A stretch of 64,000 bases of DNA from positions 96,001 to 160,000 of the forward strand of contig CAVSLC010000025.1 in NCBI GenBank assembly GCA_963728565.1. Reading direction: 5' to 3'. Both the position numbers and the translations under genes were made by a program. Within the stretch, counting starts at the first letter, position 1, and each line of letters starts with the position of its first letter. Below the pieces are notes generated by a model. The model ran no database searches, had not been told where the DNA came from, and was given only the letters and a program-made list of their open reading frames with translations. Positions 12,619-23,244 of the stretch are shown here, one piece after another. Source of the stretch: an uncultured delta proteobacterium. GTDB lineage: Bacteria > Desulfobacterota > Binatia > UBA9968.

Positions 12619-13578
12619 TCATGTGCCGTGGGTGTTCTCAGCAAATAGCTCTTCAACCGTCAGTTGACGGCCGAGCATGCCCTGCTGGCCGGCGAACTTA
12701 ATCAGATTCTGCACGTCGTGATGGTTTTCTCTGAAGCCCTGATAGAAAGGGTCTTTACCGAAAAACTTCCGTTCTTCTTCCAAATACGAGCGTGCCCAGG
12801 CAAAACTGAGCCGGTGCGGTTGCTCCATAAACTCGTTGTACGCTTGACGTGACGCCACAAATGCTTCGTAGAGGCTGGTGGCCACCCAGGGATCGTTGTC
12901 GAGGATTTCCTTCTTGACTACAATCGGGTGCATGATCGGGAAAACTTTGGTCCGCTGGTAGTACTCTTTCTCCTCTTTTTCGAATTCCGGAAACAGCCGC
13001 TCGATGCTTCCTTCGTCGCGAATCCAGCGCTGCGGTAAATCCGGTTCAACCTCCGCATCGACCTTGCCCTCGACCAATAAATCCTCGAGCTTCCGTTGAC
13101 CCTCGACGAATTCCACTTTGATGTTCGGCGGAAGTTTAAAACCAACGTGTTCTTTGTTGACAATTACCCAGGTGACATCGGTGACCGACAGATCGTAGCT
13201 GTTCATCAGCATGCCTTTGGTGACCAGGGCGAGGGTGTTTTCGTAGCTGCGCAAGCCGATGCGGCCGCCTTTTAGATCCGCGGGCTTCTTGATCCCGGAA
13301 CCGGAGCGAATGAAACAGAACTTGTGCCCCCACATGCGGCGCGGAAAGAACGGGATGGCTTGCAGCCAATCCACGTCCCGGCCGCGGGCGACCAGATAGG
13401 AAGACATTGAGAACTCACAGGCATCGTACTCGCCGTATCGGAACATTCGCTCATGACGGATGCCGCTTTCAACCGTGATCAAATTTAGATCGATGCCCGC
13501 GACTTCAACCAGTCCGTCGCGCAAAGGCTGGAGATAGTCGTATTTGTCGCATGCCATCGTCAGCTTTAGTTTCGCCAT
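12619..13578 (-). CDS. 4,5-dihydroxyphthalate decarboxylase-like protein (periplasmic-binding fold, no signal peptide)
   Basis: LTMACDKYD, CEFSMSSY, FPIMHPIV motifs typical of the PhtD/OphC-like family. Confidence 0.8.
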   Translation of the reverse strand: MAKLKLTMACDKYDYLQPLRDGLVEVAGIDLNLITVESGIRHERMFRYGEYDACEFSMSSYLVARGRDVDWLQAIPFFPRRMWGHKFCFIRSGSGIKKPADLKGGRIGLRSYENTLALVTKGMLMNSYDLSVTDVTWVIVNKEHVGFKLPPNIKVEFVEGQRKLEDLLVEGKVDAEVEPDLPQRWIRDEGSIERLFPEFEKEEKEYYQRTKVFPIMHPIVVKKEILDNDPWVATSLYEAFVASRQAYNEFMEQPHRLSFAWARSYLEEERKFFGKDPFYQGFRENHHDVQNLIKFAGQQGMLGRQLTVEELFAENTHGT

Positions 13579-13762
13579 TTCATCTCCCGGCAGATCGCTG
13601 AAAAAAACTCATATGCTTGTCTTGCCCGATCGTTCGGCTCGAACTCGTGTTTGTGTTCGGTGTTCGTGAAATTCTCAATCATCGTCATCGAGACTATCAC
13701 GGCTTTATCTGATTTCGATCATAGGTGCGGCGCCGGCCCAAGTCAATGAAAGGGCAGGTTCG

Positions 13763-13791
13763 TTGACAGGTCGCGGAGGCGGTGTTAAGGC
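13763..13791 (+). promoter_or_regulatory. Putative sigma70 promoter
   Basis: TTGACA (13763-13768), 17-nt spacer, TG-N-TAAGGC extended -10-like element upstream of the SDR pair. Confidence 0.4.
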
Positions 13792-13809
13792 AGGGGCAAC
13801 ATTGTTAGA

Positions 13810-13926
13810 GCTGAATTATGAAAGCTGAAAACGGAAACAAGTCGCATTAGGAAGCAGTGATTCAGCTTTGGCTCTGCATAATCTTCGAGCAAGCATTCGT
13901 TTCAGTTTTCCGCTTTCTCTTTTCAT
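13810..13926 (+). repeat. Hairpin-forming leader element, copy 1
   Basis: gctgaat..atgaaagctgaaaacg...gcattcgtttcagttttccgctttc; similar to 14705-14780. Confidence 0.6.
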
Positions 13927-13950
13927 AGTTTCCCACAGGAGGACTCGATC

Positions 13951-14697
13951 ATGCGTTTCAAAGATAAATCCGTGATCATTACCGGTGGCGGCGGAAAGAT
14001 CGGCAAAGCTTATGCATTGGCGTTCGCCAAAGAAGGCGCCAAAGTTTCGTTGCCGGATATCGCCAGCGCCGATCATGTGGTCAAAGCGATTCAAGACATG
14101 GGTGGCACGGCCATCAGCTCGGCATGCGATGTTTCCGATGAAAAGAGCGTTAAATTGATGGTCGACGAGACCGCCAAGCAGTTTGGCGGGGTCGATATTC
14201 TGGTGAACAATGCCGCGTATTTTATGACAGTATGGAAAGGGCCGTTCTGGGAGATGGCGGTGGATGAATTCGACAAGGCCATGGCCGTGAATGTACGGGG
14301 ATCTTGGCTATGCGCCAAAGCGGCATTTCCATATATGAAGAAGCAAGGGAAGGGCAAAATCATCAATATCTCCTCCGGCACCGCTTTGAACGGCAGTCCG
14401 AATTACATTCACTACGTCACTTCCAAGGGAGCAATCATCGCCATGAGCCGCGCCATGGCGCGGGAGCTGGGCGACTACAATATCTGCGTTAACACGGTGG
14501 CTCCGGGTTTTGTCGAGACCGAAGGGCGCCAGGTCGAGCCCGCGTTTAGCGCCAGCCGCGTGGCAAACCGCTCGCTGAAGCGGGTCCAGGTTGAAAGCGA
14601 CTTGATAGGAACCGTTCTGTTTTTGGCCTCGCCCGAAAGCGACTTTATGACCGGACAATTGCTGAACGTCGATGGCGGCGCGAACTTTACCGGGTAA
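13951..14697 (+). CDS. Short-chain dehydrogenase/reductase (classical SDR)
   Basis: TGGGGKIG, NNAA, NISS, YVTSK; AGGAGG RBS. Confidence 0.93.
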   Translation: MRFKDKSVIITGGGGKIGKAYALAFAKEGAKVSLPDIASADHVVKAIQDMGGTAISSACDVSDEKSVKLMVDETAKQFGGVDILVNNAAYFMTVWKGPFWEMAVDEFDKAMAVNVRGSWLCAKAAFPYMKKQGKGKIINISSGTALNGSPNYIHYVTSKGAIIAMSRAMARELGDYNICVNTVAPGFVETEGRQVEPAFSASRVANRSLKRVQVESDLIGTVLFLASPESDFMTGQLLNVDGGANFTG

Positions 14698-14704
14698 AAA
14701 CAGG

Positions 14705-14780
14705 GCTGAATGAATGAAAGCTAAAAACGCAACAAGTTGCATTCGGAAGCATTCGTTCAGCTTTCCGCTTTCACCTTTCA
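14705..14780 (+). repeat. Hairpin-forming leader element, copy 2
   Basis: gctgaatgaatgaaagctaaaaacg...gcattcgttcagctttccgctttc. Confidence 0.6.
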
Positions 14781-14800
14781 CACTTCGGAAGGACTTTCTA

Positions 14801-15543
14801 ATGCGGTTCAAAGACAATTCCGTGATCATTACCGGCGGCGGTGGAAAGATCGGCAAAGCCTATGCGGTAGCCTTCGCTAAAGAAGGCGCCAAAGTCTCAT
14901 TGCCGGACATCGCCAGCGCCGATCATGTGGTAAAAGCGGTAACCGATATCGGAGGCAGCGCGATCAGCATGGCGTGCGATGTGACGGATGAGAAGAGCGT
15001 CAAGGCGATGGTCGACGAGACCGTCAAACAATTCGGTACGGTGGATGTTCTCATCAATAACGCCGCTTACTTCATGACTGTCTGGAAAGGGCCGTTCTGG
15101 GAGATGACGGTAGATGAATTCGACAAGGCGATGGCAGTCAACGTCCGCGGCTCCTGGTTGTGCGCCAAAGCCGCGGTGCCTTACATGCAGAAGCAAAACA
15201 AGGGCAAGATCATCAATATCTCTTCCAACGTTGCTCTCACCGGCAATCCCAACTACATCCATTACGTCACCTCCAAGGGCGCGATCATCGCCATGACGCG
15301 CGCGATGGCGCGGGAACTTGGCGATTTCAACATCAACGTGAATACGGTCAGTCCGGGCTTCGTCGTCACCGAGGGACGCAAGGTCGATCCCGAATACGAA
15401 AAGATTCGCGCCCAGCAACGCAGCATCAAGCGCTCTCAGATCGAAGACGATCTGGTCGGCACCGTCTTATTCTTGGCATCGCCGACAGCGACTTCATGAC
15501 CGGACAACTATTGAATGTCGACGGCGGATTTCACTTTACTTGA
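14801..15543 (+). CDS. SDR, tandem paralog of 13951..14697 (indel near 15485)
   Basis: Same motifs; the C-terminus SDFMTGQLLNVDGGFHFT lies in a shifted frame. Confidence 0.9.
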
Positions 15544-15938
15544 TGCGCACCACCTTCCTGACTCAGGCTCTCTCAGTGAACTTAAAGCAAAGGAAGGGCA
15601 TCAAGATTGAGGATCTTAGTATCGGCGCCCGTCAAGTCGCAGAGCCTGGAAGCTTTGCCGTCATCAAGACCAGGGTTTTCTAAACCGAGGCGAGAAAATA
15701 GCCGGCTCCGATGATCAACCCGGCGACGAGTATCGATTCGAAGTCGGGCGGCGTGAATCCCACCGCCATGCTTGAAACTAGTGTCATAGGAATGCGCGAA
15801 GGCGGAACCAGGGAGGCGCGCGTGAGTCCGCACCTTGCTTATCGAGAAGGTACGGGCGATGGCCGGATCCCGCCGAATGCGGTAATACGATGGGTCATCG
15901 AGCTGGTTCGGGTGGAGGATGGCCAGATGACAGCGTAG
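15543..15938 (+). CDS. FKBP-type peptidyl-prolyl isomerase-like protein (frameshifted)
   Basis: GIKIEDLSIG, YRFEVG, VIGMREGGTR...SPHLAY...IPPNAVI..IEL. Confidence 0.7.
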
Positions 15939-16025
15939 TATCTTTCACTGTTGTTTACAGACTCTCATCCGCCGCATCATTTCAGCGACACAACAACTGA
16001 CTCTTAGAACCAGGAGGCAATTCCA

Positions 16026-16514
16026 GTGGCAAGAAAAACCGATTTCACTACGGAAGAATGGAAAACGATTGTTGCCGCTGCGCCAATGGTGGGACTAGCG
16101 GTTACATGTGCGAGCCCCAACGGTCCTTGGGGGGTGCTAAAGGAGATGTTATCGATGGGAATGGCTATGGCGGAGATGCTGCAAAAGGGCAGTTCCAATC
16201 CGCTAATTGCCGACTTGGCTGCCGATTTGAAAGAGCGGCAAACCAAACCGGAGCCTCCTCAGGGCATCAAAGATCCGGAGCAGGCAAAGGAGTTGGCGTT
16301 GAATCACATAAGGGCGGTCAATGATATCGTTAGCCGTAAGGCCAAAGCCGATGAAGCCGATGAGTTCAAAAAATGGCTGCTAGCCGTCGGCGAACGCGTT
16401 GCCGAGGCTTCGAATGAAGGCGGTATCTTCGGAATTGGCGGGGAGCGCGTCTCAGAGGCTGAGAAAAATGTGCTCAGGCAAATTGCCTTTGCGTTGGGGC
16501 TGCCGGCGAGTTGA
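16026..16514 (+). CDS. Conserved hypothetical protein
   Basis: AGGAGG RBS; FTTEEW at the N-terminus and VAEAS.EGG.FGIGGERVSEAE at the C-terminus. Confidence 0.8.
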   Translation: MARKTDFTTEEWKTIVAAAPMVGLAVTCASPNGPWGVLKEMLSMGMAMAEMLQKGSSNPLIADLAADLKERQTKPEPPQGIKDPEQAKELALNHIRAVNDIVSRKAKADEADEFKKWLLAVGERVAEASNEGGIFGIGGERVSEAEKNVLRQIAFALGLPAS

Positions 16515-16733
16515 CTCATTTACGATCAACAACTCTCATGAGTCCGGGATAATTGTCATTCTGGATCATCTCGACAGTTAACCATCCAGCGCAACCAGAT
16601 GATAGATTGGCTCCAGCCGCAGCAGTCAGGGCTAGATCGCGTCGGGCGAGATTTGCATCGTGGTAGAAGACCATCGGATTTCGTGTAACAGTATTGCGAA
16701 ACATAATTTTTACATATGGAGCGCGGAGGGAGT

Positions 16734-17324
16734 ATGGCGAGAATCAAAGGCGTGAGCGAAAGCGAAGCGAGTGATGAGGTGCGACAAATTTTTGAAGCGC
16801 AGAAGCAGCGCCAGGGCGTGGTTTCGAATACCGCGAAAGTCTATGCTTTAAGACCGACAATTCAGAGAGGAGTTCAGGCGCTGGCTCAAGGGATTCAGGA
16901 GTCAGGGCTCATTTCACCCGAGTTAAAGCACCTTCTCTGTGTTAAGACCGCCAATATCAACGGCTGCCCATTTTGAATTGACAGTAACGCATCCAGTGCG
17001 ATGCAAAATGGAGCTACTGCGGAAAAAGTCGAAGCAGTGCTGGGAGATTACAAAGAGAATCCGTTGTTTTCTTTACGGGAGCGGTTGGCGCTGGAGTTAG
17101 CCGAGCGGATGACCTACACGGAACGACGGGTTACGGATGATTTCTTCAATCGGCTCAAGGAACACTTCACCGACGAGGAATTGGTGGAATTAGCGGCGGT
17201 CATTGCTTTGGAAAATTTTCGTAGCAAGTTCAATCCGGTGTTCGGTGTTGAGGCGAACAATTTCTGTCCTCTGCCGCAGGTCAAAGAAGCGGCCGCTGTC
17301 GCGACTCGCCGATTCCACGAATGA
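16734..17324 (+). CDS. AhpD/carboxymuconolactone decarboxylase-like protein, probable selenoprotein (TGA 16974-16976 = U81, CxxU)
   Basis: The two track ORFs are in frame across NGCPF-TGA-IDSNASSA. Downstream half FSLRERLALELAERMT...HFTDEELVEL...ENFRSKFN is the AhpD-like C-terminal region. Confidence 0.88.
16989..17004 (+). promoter_or_regulatory. Candidate bacterial SECIS hairpin
   Basis: GCATC-CAGTGC-GATGC perfect 5-bp stem starting 12 nt after the UGA. Confidence 0.5.
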
Positions 17325-17515
17325 AAAGCGGCGGCAGTGATCCGCTGCTGCGCGAAGCGGCCTACAGGCAATCACGCGCAGCTCCAGATCAGCCGGGATG
17401 GAGAACTGTCAAAAACAAATTCTGGCGCGACACCTAGGTCCTGCCAAAGCCAGTTTTCTCACCGCCGTTTAAACCTAACAGATTCGGAACTTCGGCGCGC
17501 GCTCGTCGACGCACC

Positions 17516-20500
17516 TCAGTGTCTCGTTGGACTTTTTTGCGGATCTTGCAGCGAATCAAGCAACTTTTGCAGCGTTTCAAAATCAGCGGGTTTGGTGAGA
17601 TGGAAATCGAACCCCGCGGCTTGCGAGCGCTGGCGATCCTCGGCTTGGCCCCAGCCCGTTAATGCAATCAGCGTGAGATCTCCACAGTCCGGCAGCCGTC
17701 GAACTCTGCGCGCCAACTCGTATCCGTCCATGTCGGGCATGCCTATATCCACTAGCATCACGCCGGGCTGATACGTTGGGAGTAGCTCCAGCGCTGCGAA
17801 GCCATTGTAGACGGCCCGAGCTTCGGCTCCCGCCAAATTGAGCAGCTTGCCGAGACTATTGGCGGCATCACGGTTGTCATCGACCACTAACACCCGCTTG
17901 GAAGATAGCTGCCCGAAGTGACGCATACTGTCACGAACAATTTCGCTTTGGGCGTTCTCACCGAGCGGTAGACGAACAATAAATTCGCTGCCCTTACCCG
18001 GGCCTTCGCTTCGAGCCTCGACCTTGCCACCATGCATTTCCACCAGGCTGCGAACCAGCGTGAGCCCGATACCCAGCCCGCCCTGAGTTCGGCTGGTCGA
18101 ATGCCCGACTTGCGTGAACATTTCAAAGATAAGGGACAACATATCCGGCAAAATGCCGATACCGCTATCTCGCACCGAGATCACTACATGATCGCTCTCG
18201 CGCTGCGCGGCTAGCCAGATGCGCCCTCCAGGATTGGTATACTTGGCGGCATTATTGAGGAGGTTCGAAACGATCTGCTCCAGCCGTACAGGATCGGCTT
18301 CGAAGGTGAGCGGCTCCGGCGGCAATGAGATCGCCAGATGATGGCAGGCGTCCTCGATCAGGGGCATACTGACTTCGACCGCGCTCTGGATCACGCTCGT
18401 CAGTGAAACCCGCTCTTTGCGCAGTTCGATTTGACCGCGAGTGATCCGGGATATTTCCAGCAGATCATCGACCAGGCGCACCATCTGATTGACCTGCCGT
18501 TCCATCATCTCGTAAATCTTCTCGGTGCCTGGCTTGCAATCGCCGCTAAGCTGGAGGATTTGCAGGCTGTTCCGAATAGGGGCGAGCGGATTACGCAGCT
18601 CGTGCGCCAGAGTGTCGCGAGAAATTCGTCCTTGCGCCGGTCGGCCTCGCGCATCGCTTCCTGAGACTTGATGAGCTCTGTGATATCGGCGGAACTTCCG
18701 ACATAGCCGGTTACTTCGCCCGCGGGCCCAAGGCGCGGATTGCCGCGCGATTCAATCCAGCGCCATTGGTTATCATGCCGTTTAACCCGCGCCCGCGCAT
18801 GCAGCGGCTGTCGATCGCGCAGGGCGGCGCTGAATGCTTCGTAAGTATTCTCGGTCGTCGGAATGAACAATCTCCGACCATTCCAGCTGTGCGGCTCTTT
18901 CCCGGGTAATCCCAAAGAAGTCCAGATACGAGCGATTGACGAATTCAATGCGACCGGCGGCATCGGTTACCCAAATCATCATCGGGGAGCTGTCAGCCAT
19001 CGTGCGAAAACGTTCCTCGCTTTCGCGCAGCTTTTCTTCCGCCAATTTGCTCTCGGTGATGTCGATAATAAACTCGACGCCCTCATCTGCTTCGATCCGT
19101 GTGGCAGCGAACAAAGCCCACCAGCGCGATCCGTCCTTGCGGATGTATTCCTTTTCGTAGGGAATCGTCCGGCCCCTCATCTCGAACTCCTCCACCGCCT
19201 CGCAGCGATTGCGGCATCCACTCCGGCGGAGTCAGCCTGTCCCAACGCACCAGCCCGATCTCCAGATCGCCCCGGCTATAGCCGCTCATACGCAGGAAGG
19301 CGTCGTTGGCATCGGTGATGCGGCCATCGGTCTTGAAGAATATCACTCCCACCGTTTCAATCTGTATCGCGCGACTCAGTCGCTCCTGAGACGCTTGTAG
19401 CGCTTGCTCGGCCCGCTTGCGATCCTCGATGTTCTGAACGATGCCGACGAAGCGCGCCGGGTTGCCGTGCGCATCGCGCACCACTGTGCCATTGCAATGG
19501 ACCCAGAGATACCCGCCGCCGGCGGCTCTCAGCGCGGCACTCAGCCGAGAAGGTTCCGGTTTGTTCAAATGCCGGCAGCGAAGCTTGGATGACACCTTGG
19601 CGATCATCCGGGTGAATCACGGCAGTCGCGCCGGCGACCGAAAAGTATTTTTCCGGCAGTGTCTCATAGCCGAATAGTTGCGCCATGTTCTCCGAGTACT
19701 TGATCGTTCCGGTCAATAGATCGACGTCCCACGCGAACACACCGGCAGCTTGCGTCGCCAGTCGCATGCGCTCCTCCGCTTCGTAGAGCTTTTGTTCAGT
19801 TTCCTTGCGCGCCGAGATGTTGCGGAAAATGGCGCTGGCACGCGGCGCCTGGCCGGCGGCGCGCCGCAGCAGGCTGACGTTCAAGTGGTTCCAGAAAGTC
19901 GAGCCGTCTTTGCGCAGCAACTTGGTTTCGATGGAGATCGCCGGGATCTCGCCTCGCGATAGTTGCTGCAGTAAAACCGCGGTGGTCTCGCGATTCTCCG
20001 GATGCGTCAGTTCGCTGACAGTGCGCAGAGTCAGTTCTTCCGCGGAGTAGCCTGTCATCTCGCACATTTTGCGGTTGACCCGAACGAATCGGCCGGTGAG
20101 CGGCTCGACCTGACATTGGCCGACACTCGAGAGCTCAAACATGGCACGGAATTCTTCTTCGCTTTCAGGCAGCTTTTCTTCCGTATGCTTCGAAGCGGCG
20201 GCTTCGACCGTGCCGATCATTCGTAGGCTGCGGATGCGAAACGGGACAGGTCGGTGAGCAGCCGCGCGTCCTCTGCATCGAACTTCCGTTCCGGACTATG
20301 AGTCAGAACCCACAAGGTGCCGACCGGTTCGCCGGCGCTGTGAAATGGCACTGAGAGATTTTCAAAGATCGGCAAGTTCATTTCGCGGAGAGCGACGAAA
20401 TGCCGTTCAGGGCGCTCGAACAGAAGGACAGAGGCGCGCTCGAGCACGGTTGCGCACGGGCACGCCTCGCGCGGCATCGATGTGTTGATGTTTGGCGCGA

Positions 20501-20785
20501 TAACGTCCGGCTACGGCGCGCCAACGGAACACGCTGGCGTCCTCGGGTGATTCCAGGACGCTGATCCCGGCGGAATCGGCATGGCACAGCTCGAGCGCCA
20601 TGTCCGCCAACTTTTGCAAGAAAGCCCGCGGCGCTTCGTTCATGGCCTGCGTCAATGCGATCAGAGCTCGGTTCTCGGCCGCATATTCGGGGGTACGCGA
20701 GACACGCCGGAACAGCTCAGAGGTGTTAAGAACCTGATCGAGAGACAACCGCTCTCGTTTAACTCTGCACTTCGATGATCCCCAT
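17516..20785 (-). CDS. Hybrid sensor histidine kinase (GAF + several PAS + HisKA/HATPase + receiver), broken by several indels; start approximate
   Basis: GAF ([16 protein letters not shown]), PAS repeats (THPE, IHPDD, RKDGS), H-box near [24 protein letters not shown], receiver VVDDN/DIGMP/KP. Confidence 0.85.
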
Positions 20786-21150
20786 CGTTGTCGCCTTACG
20801 GGATTTTGCCGACTGCAAGTGATTCTTAGATGATCGTGCAGTCCAGTGTAAGGAATTTGTCTGACGGTCAGAAGCATTTCCTCTGTCGACAACGAAGCCC
20901 CATGTCGTCGGCAGTATCAGGAAAGTTGCTCTGTCCCCTGGTTGGTTGTCCGGTCGATATCTTCGTCGACACCACCGCAGGATGATTAACTGAGTTGGCA
21001 GGTGGGAGATTATTCTCTACAACGTGCCGGATGGGTTGTAAAGATGTAATCTCGACCGAATGGAGATGCGTCGGGTCCAGACATTGGCCGTTAGTTGCGG
21101 TTAATGTCGCTACGCGACTCGTACTGACGGATCTATCTCGAACCCGCCAA

Positions 21151-22164
21151 CTAGCGCTTTTTATACAGCCCGTCGATAAAACCGTTGTCATCGAACTCTT
21201 TGATCAGACTCATATCGACGAAATCTTCCGGGCGCGCGGCGCGCGCTTTGGCGTCTTTCTCGCCGAGCTCGGCCAGCGCTTCTTTGACGGAATCGAGTGA
21301 TGGATACGGTTTCTCCGGCACCAGGCGAGAGAAGAATTGATAGCTGTCCTCCAAGGCGTCGTTATCGTTGGTCTTGACATATTTTCCGATCACTTTTTTG
21401 CTGAATTCCTTGTCGGTCTTATAGAGGTGGATGCCTTCGAGCAGGGCTCGGGTGAATTTACGCGCGGTGTCGCGCTTTTCACGAATGTAGGAGATCCGCG
21501 ATGCGACAGGGGTGGTCGGATAGGCGCCGCCGAAATCCTCAGGTTGGGCGATGATGTTCATATTGAATTTACGAGCCATATTGGTCACCGGCGGTTGCGC
21601 GACCATGCCGTGCACCTGTTTGGTTTGAATTGCCGCGAGCCGAGTGGGTTGCCCGCCGGGGATCTGCAAAATCGCCACGTCGACGTCGGGCTTCAAACCC
21701 CATTTGAGCAGTATCTTTCTGGTGGCATAGTCCGAATTGGAACCGAAACGGCTGACCGTGAGCTTTTTGCCTCTCAGATCTTCCGGCCGTTTGATCTCCG
21801 GCGAAACCACCATGCTGTAGGCGAGAACGTTAAGCAGCCCGCTGATCAGGGTTACGTCAGCTCCTCGAAGCTTGGCGACAACGGGGGCGTTGCCGCCGAC
21901 CTGGGCGATGGGCAGATCGCCGGACATCATCGCCTGGGTCGCTCTCGAGCCGCCGTCGAGGTAGATCATGACCACGTCAAGGCCGTTTTTCTCGAACAGT
22001 CCGGCCTCCTTGGTGATCCAAAATGGCGCTTGCGAGCCGGCGACCGCGCTCCAGCCAATCGTAAGGTTTTCTAAAGGTGCGGACGCCGCTATAGAAATTT
22101 TCAATTGCGACAGCAACGAAAGCAGCATCGTCAAACTGGCCGCAATGATTCTTGTGCGTTTCAT
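21151..22164 (-). CDS. ABC substrate-binding protein, SsuA/THI5/NMT1-like
   Basis: Signal peptide; GLFEKNGLDV, EDLRGKKLTVSRFGS. Confidence 0.9.
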   Translation of the reverse strand: MKRTRIIAASLTMLLSLLSQLKISIAASAPLENLTIGWSAVAGSQAPFWITKEAGLFEKNGLDVVMIYLDGGSRATQAMMSGDLPIAQVGGNAPVVAKLRGADVTLISGLLNVLAYSMVVSPEIKRPEDLRGKKLTVSRFGSNSDYATRKILLKWGLKPDVDVAILQIPGGQPTRLAAIQTKQVHGMVAQPPVTNMARKFNMNIIAQPEDFGGAYPTTPVASRISYIREKRDTARKFTRALLEGIHLYKTDKEFSKKVIGKYVKTNDNDALEDSYQFFSRLVPEKPYPSLDSVKEALAELGEKDAKARAARPEDFVDMSLIKEFDDNGFIDGLYKKR

Positions 22165-22337
22165 GTTGTCTCCTGCTTTTTCAGTGCGAGAGTGCGTGGA
22201 GTCACGATGATCGTATCTGGGCTGTCCGATGGAGTTGAATAACCCGAGTCGCAGATCTGCGCGCTCAACATACCACAATGCTACTGCCGGCGATCTTCTT
22301 GAACGTTGAACGGTTAAACTTTGCACGTTGATGAGCG

Positions 22338-23132
22338 CTAGGCCGCACTGACCCATTTGTTCACATCCACCTCCCAGCCTTTGGTCTGCGACAAATCCAG
22401 CGCGTTGCCTTCCGGATCGCGGAATCGGACTTCGGCGTAGGGTCGGGTCGATGGGCGAGGCGCGATGTTCAACACTTTGCGCAATTCGGCTAAGGTCGCC
22501 TCCATCGTATTGGTGAGAAACCCGATATGATTGATGCCGAATTTCGCCTCATGGCCTTCGATGGGGTTGTAGAACGGGTGTATCGCCAGATTGGTCTGGC
22601 CGTCGCCGCAAAACCGATTTCCCCGGCCTTGCTGCCGCCGCTGGTAGCTGGACGGCACCTCGCGCATGCCGAACACTTGAGTGTAGAAGCGCAGCATCAT
22701 CTCCGGATCCAAAGCGTTGTAGGCGATATGACGGACCCGGGGGAACTGCTTTTCTTTTTCAGCCGGCACGCCGAATTGCCGGGTCGACAAGCTAACCGGA
22801 AAACATTCGGGGTCGTGAATTCTGATCTCGCCGTGATGAATATCGTCGGGCTCCTGGAGGATCATGCCGCGCGGATTCAGAGCTAGAAACCGTCCTTTAC
22901 TTTCTTCCAGATCATCGACTGCCAAACCGATATGATGCAGGCCGCACTCCATTTTCATTTCGTTTAATTGAGCGCGCCTTTTGAAAAACGTCAGATTGTA
23001 GAATCCATCGGTGATCGAGATGTCGCCTTCGCCTGAGCGGCCCAGTTCTTCGGTGCCGAGAAAGCGACGATAGAAGTCGCTTGTCTTTTCCGGATCATCG
23101 CTGAGAAAAGCGATGTAGCGAAGAACCGCCAT
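22338..23132 (-). CDS. VOC/glyoxalase family protein (two domains)
   Basis: AGGAGG RBS; GLHHIGL..DPE and GINHIGF..RDPEGN repeats. Confidence 0.85.
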   Translation of the reverse strand: MAVLRYIAFLSDDPEKTSDFYRRFLGTEELGRSGEGDISITDGFYNLTFFKRRAQLNEMKMECGLHHIGLAVDDLEESKGRFLALNPRGMILQEPDDIHHGEIRIHDPECFPVSLSTRQFGVPAEKEKQFPRVRHIAYNALDPEMMLRFYTQVFGMREVPSSYQRRQQGRGNRFCGDGQTNLAIHPFYNPIEGHEAKFGINHIGFLTNTMEATLAELRKVLNIAPRPSTRPYAEVRFRDPEGNALDLSQTKGWEVDVNKWVSAA

Positions 23133-23244
23133 AAATGAATCCTCCTGGAAGATGAAATAGCGAGTCAGGGAGAAATGCCGGGAATCAGAAAATAGATTCG
23201 AGCGTTTTTGCCATAACTCCAGCTCTCCATCACTGCAACTTTCT

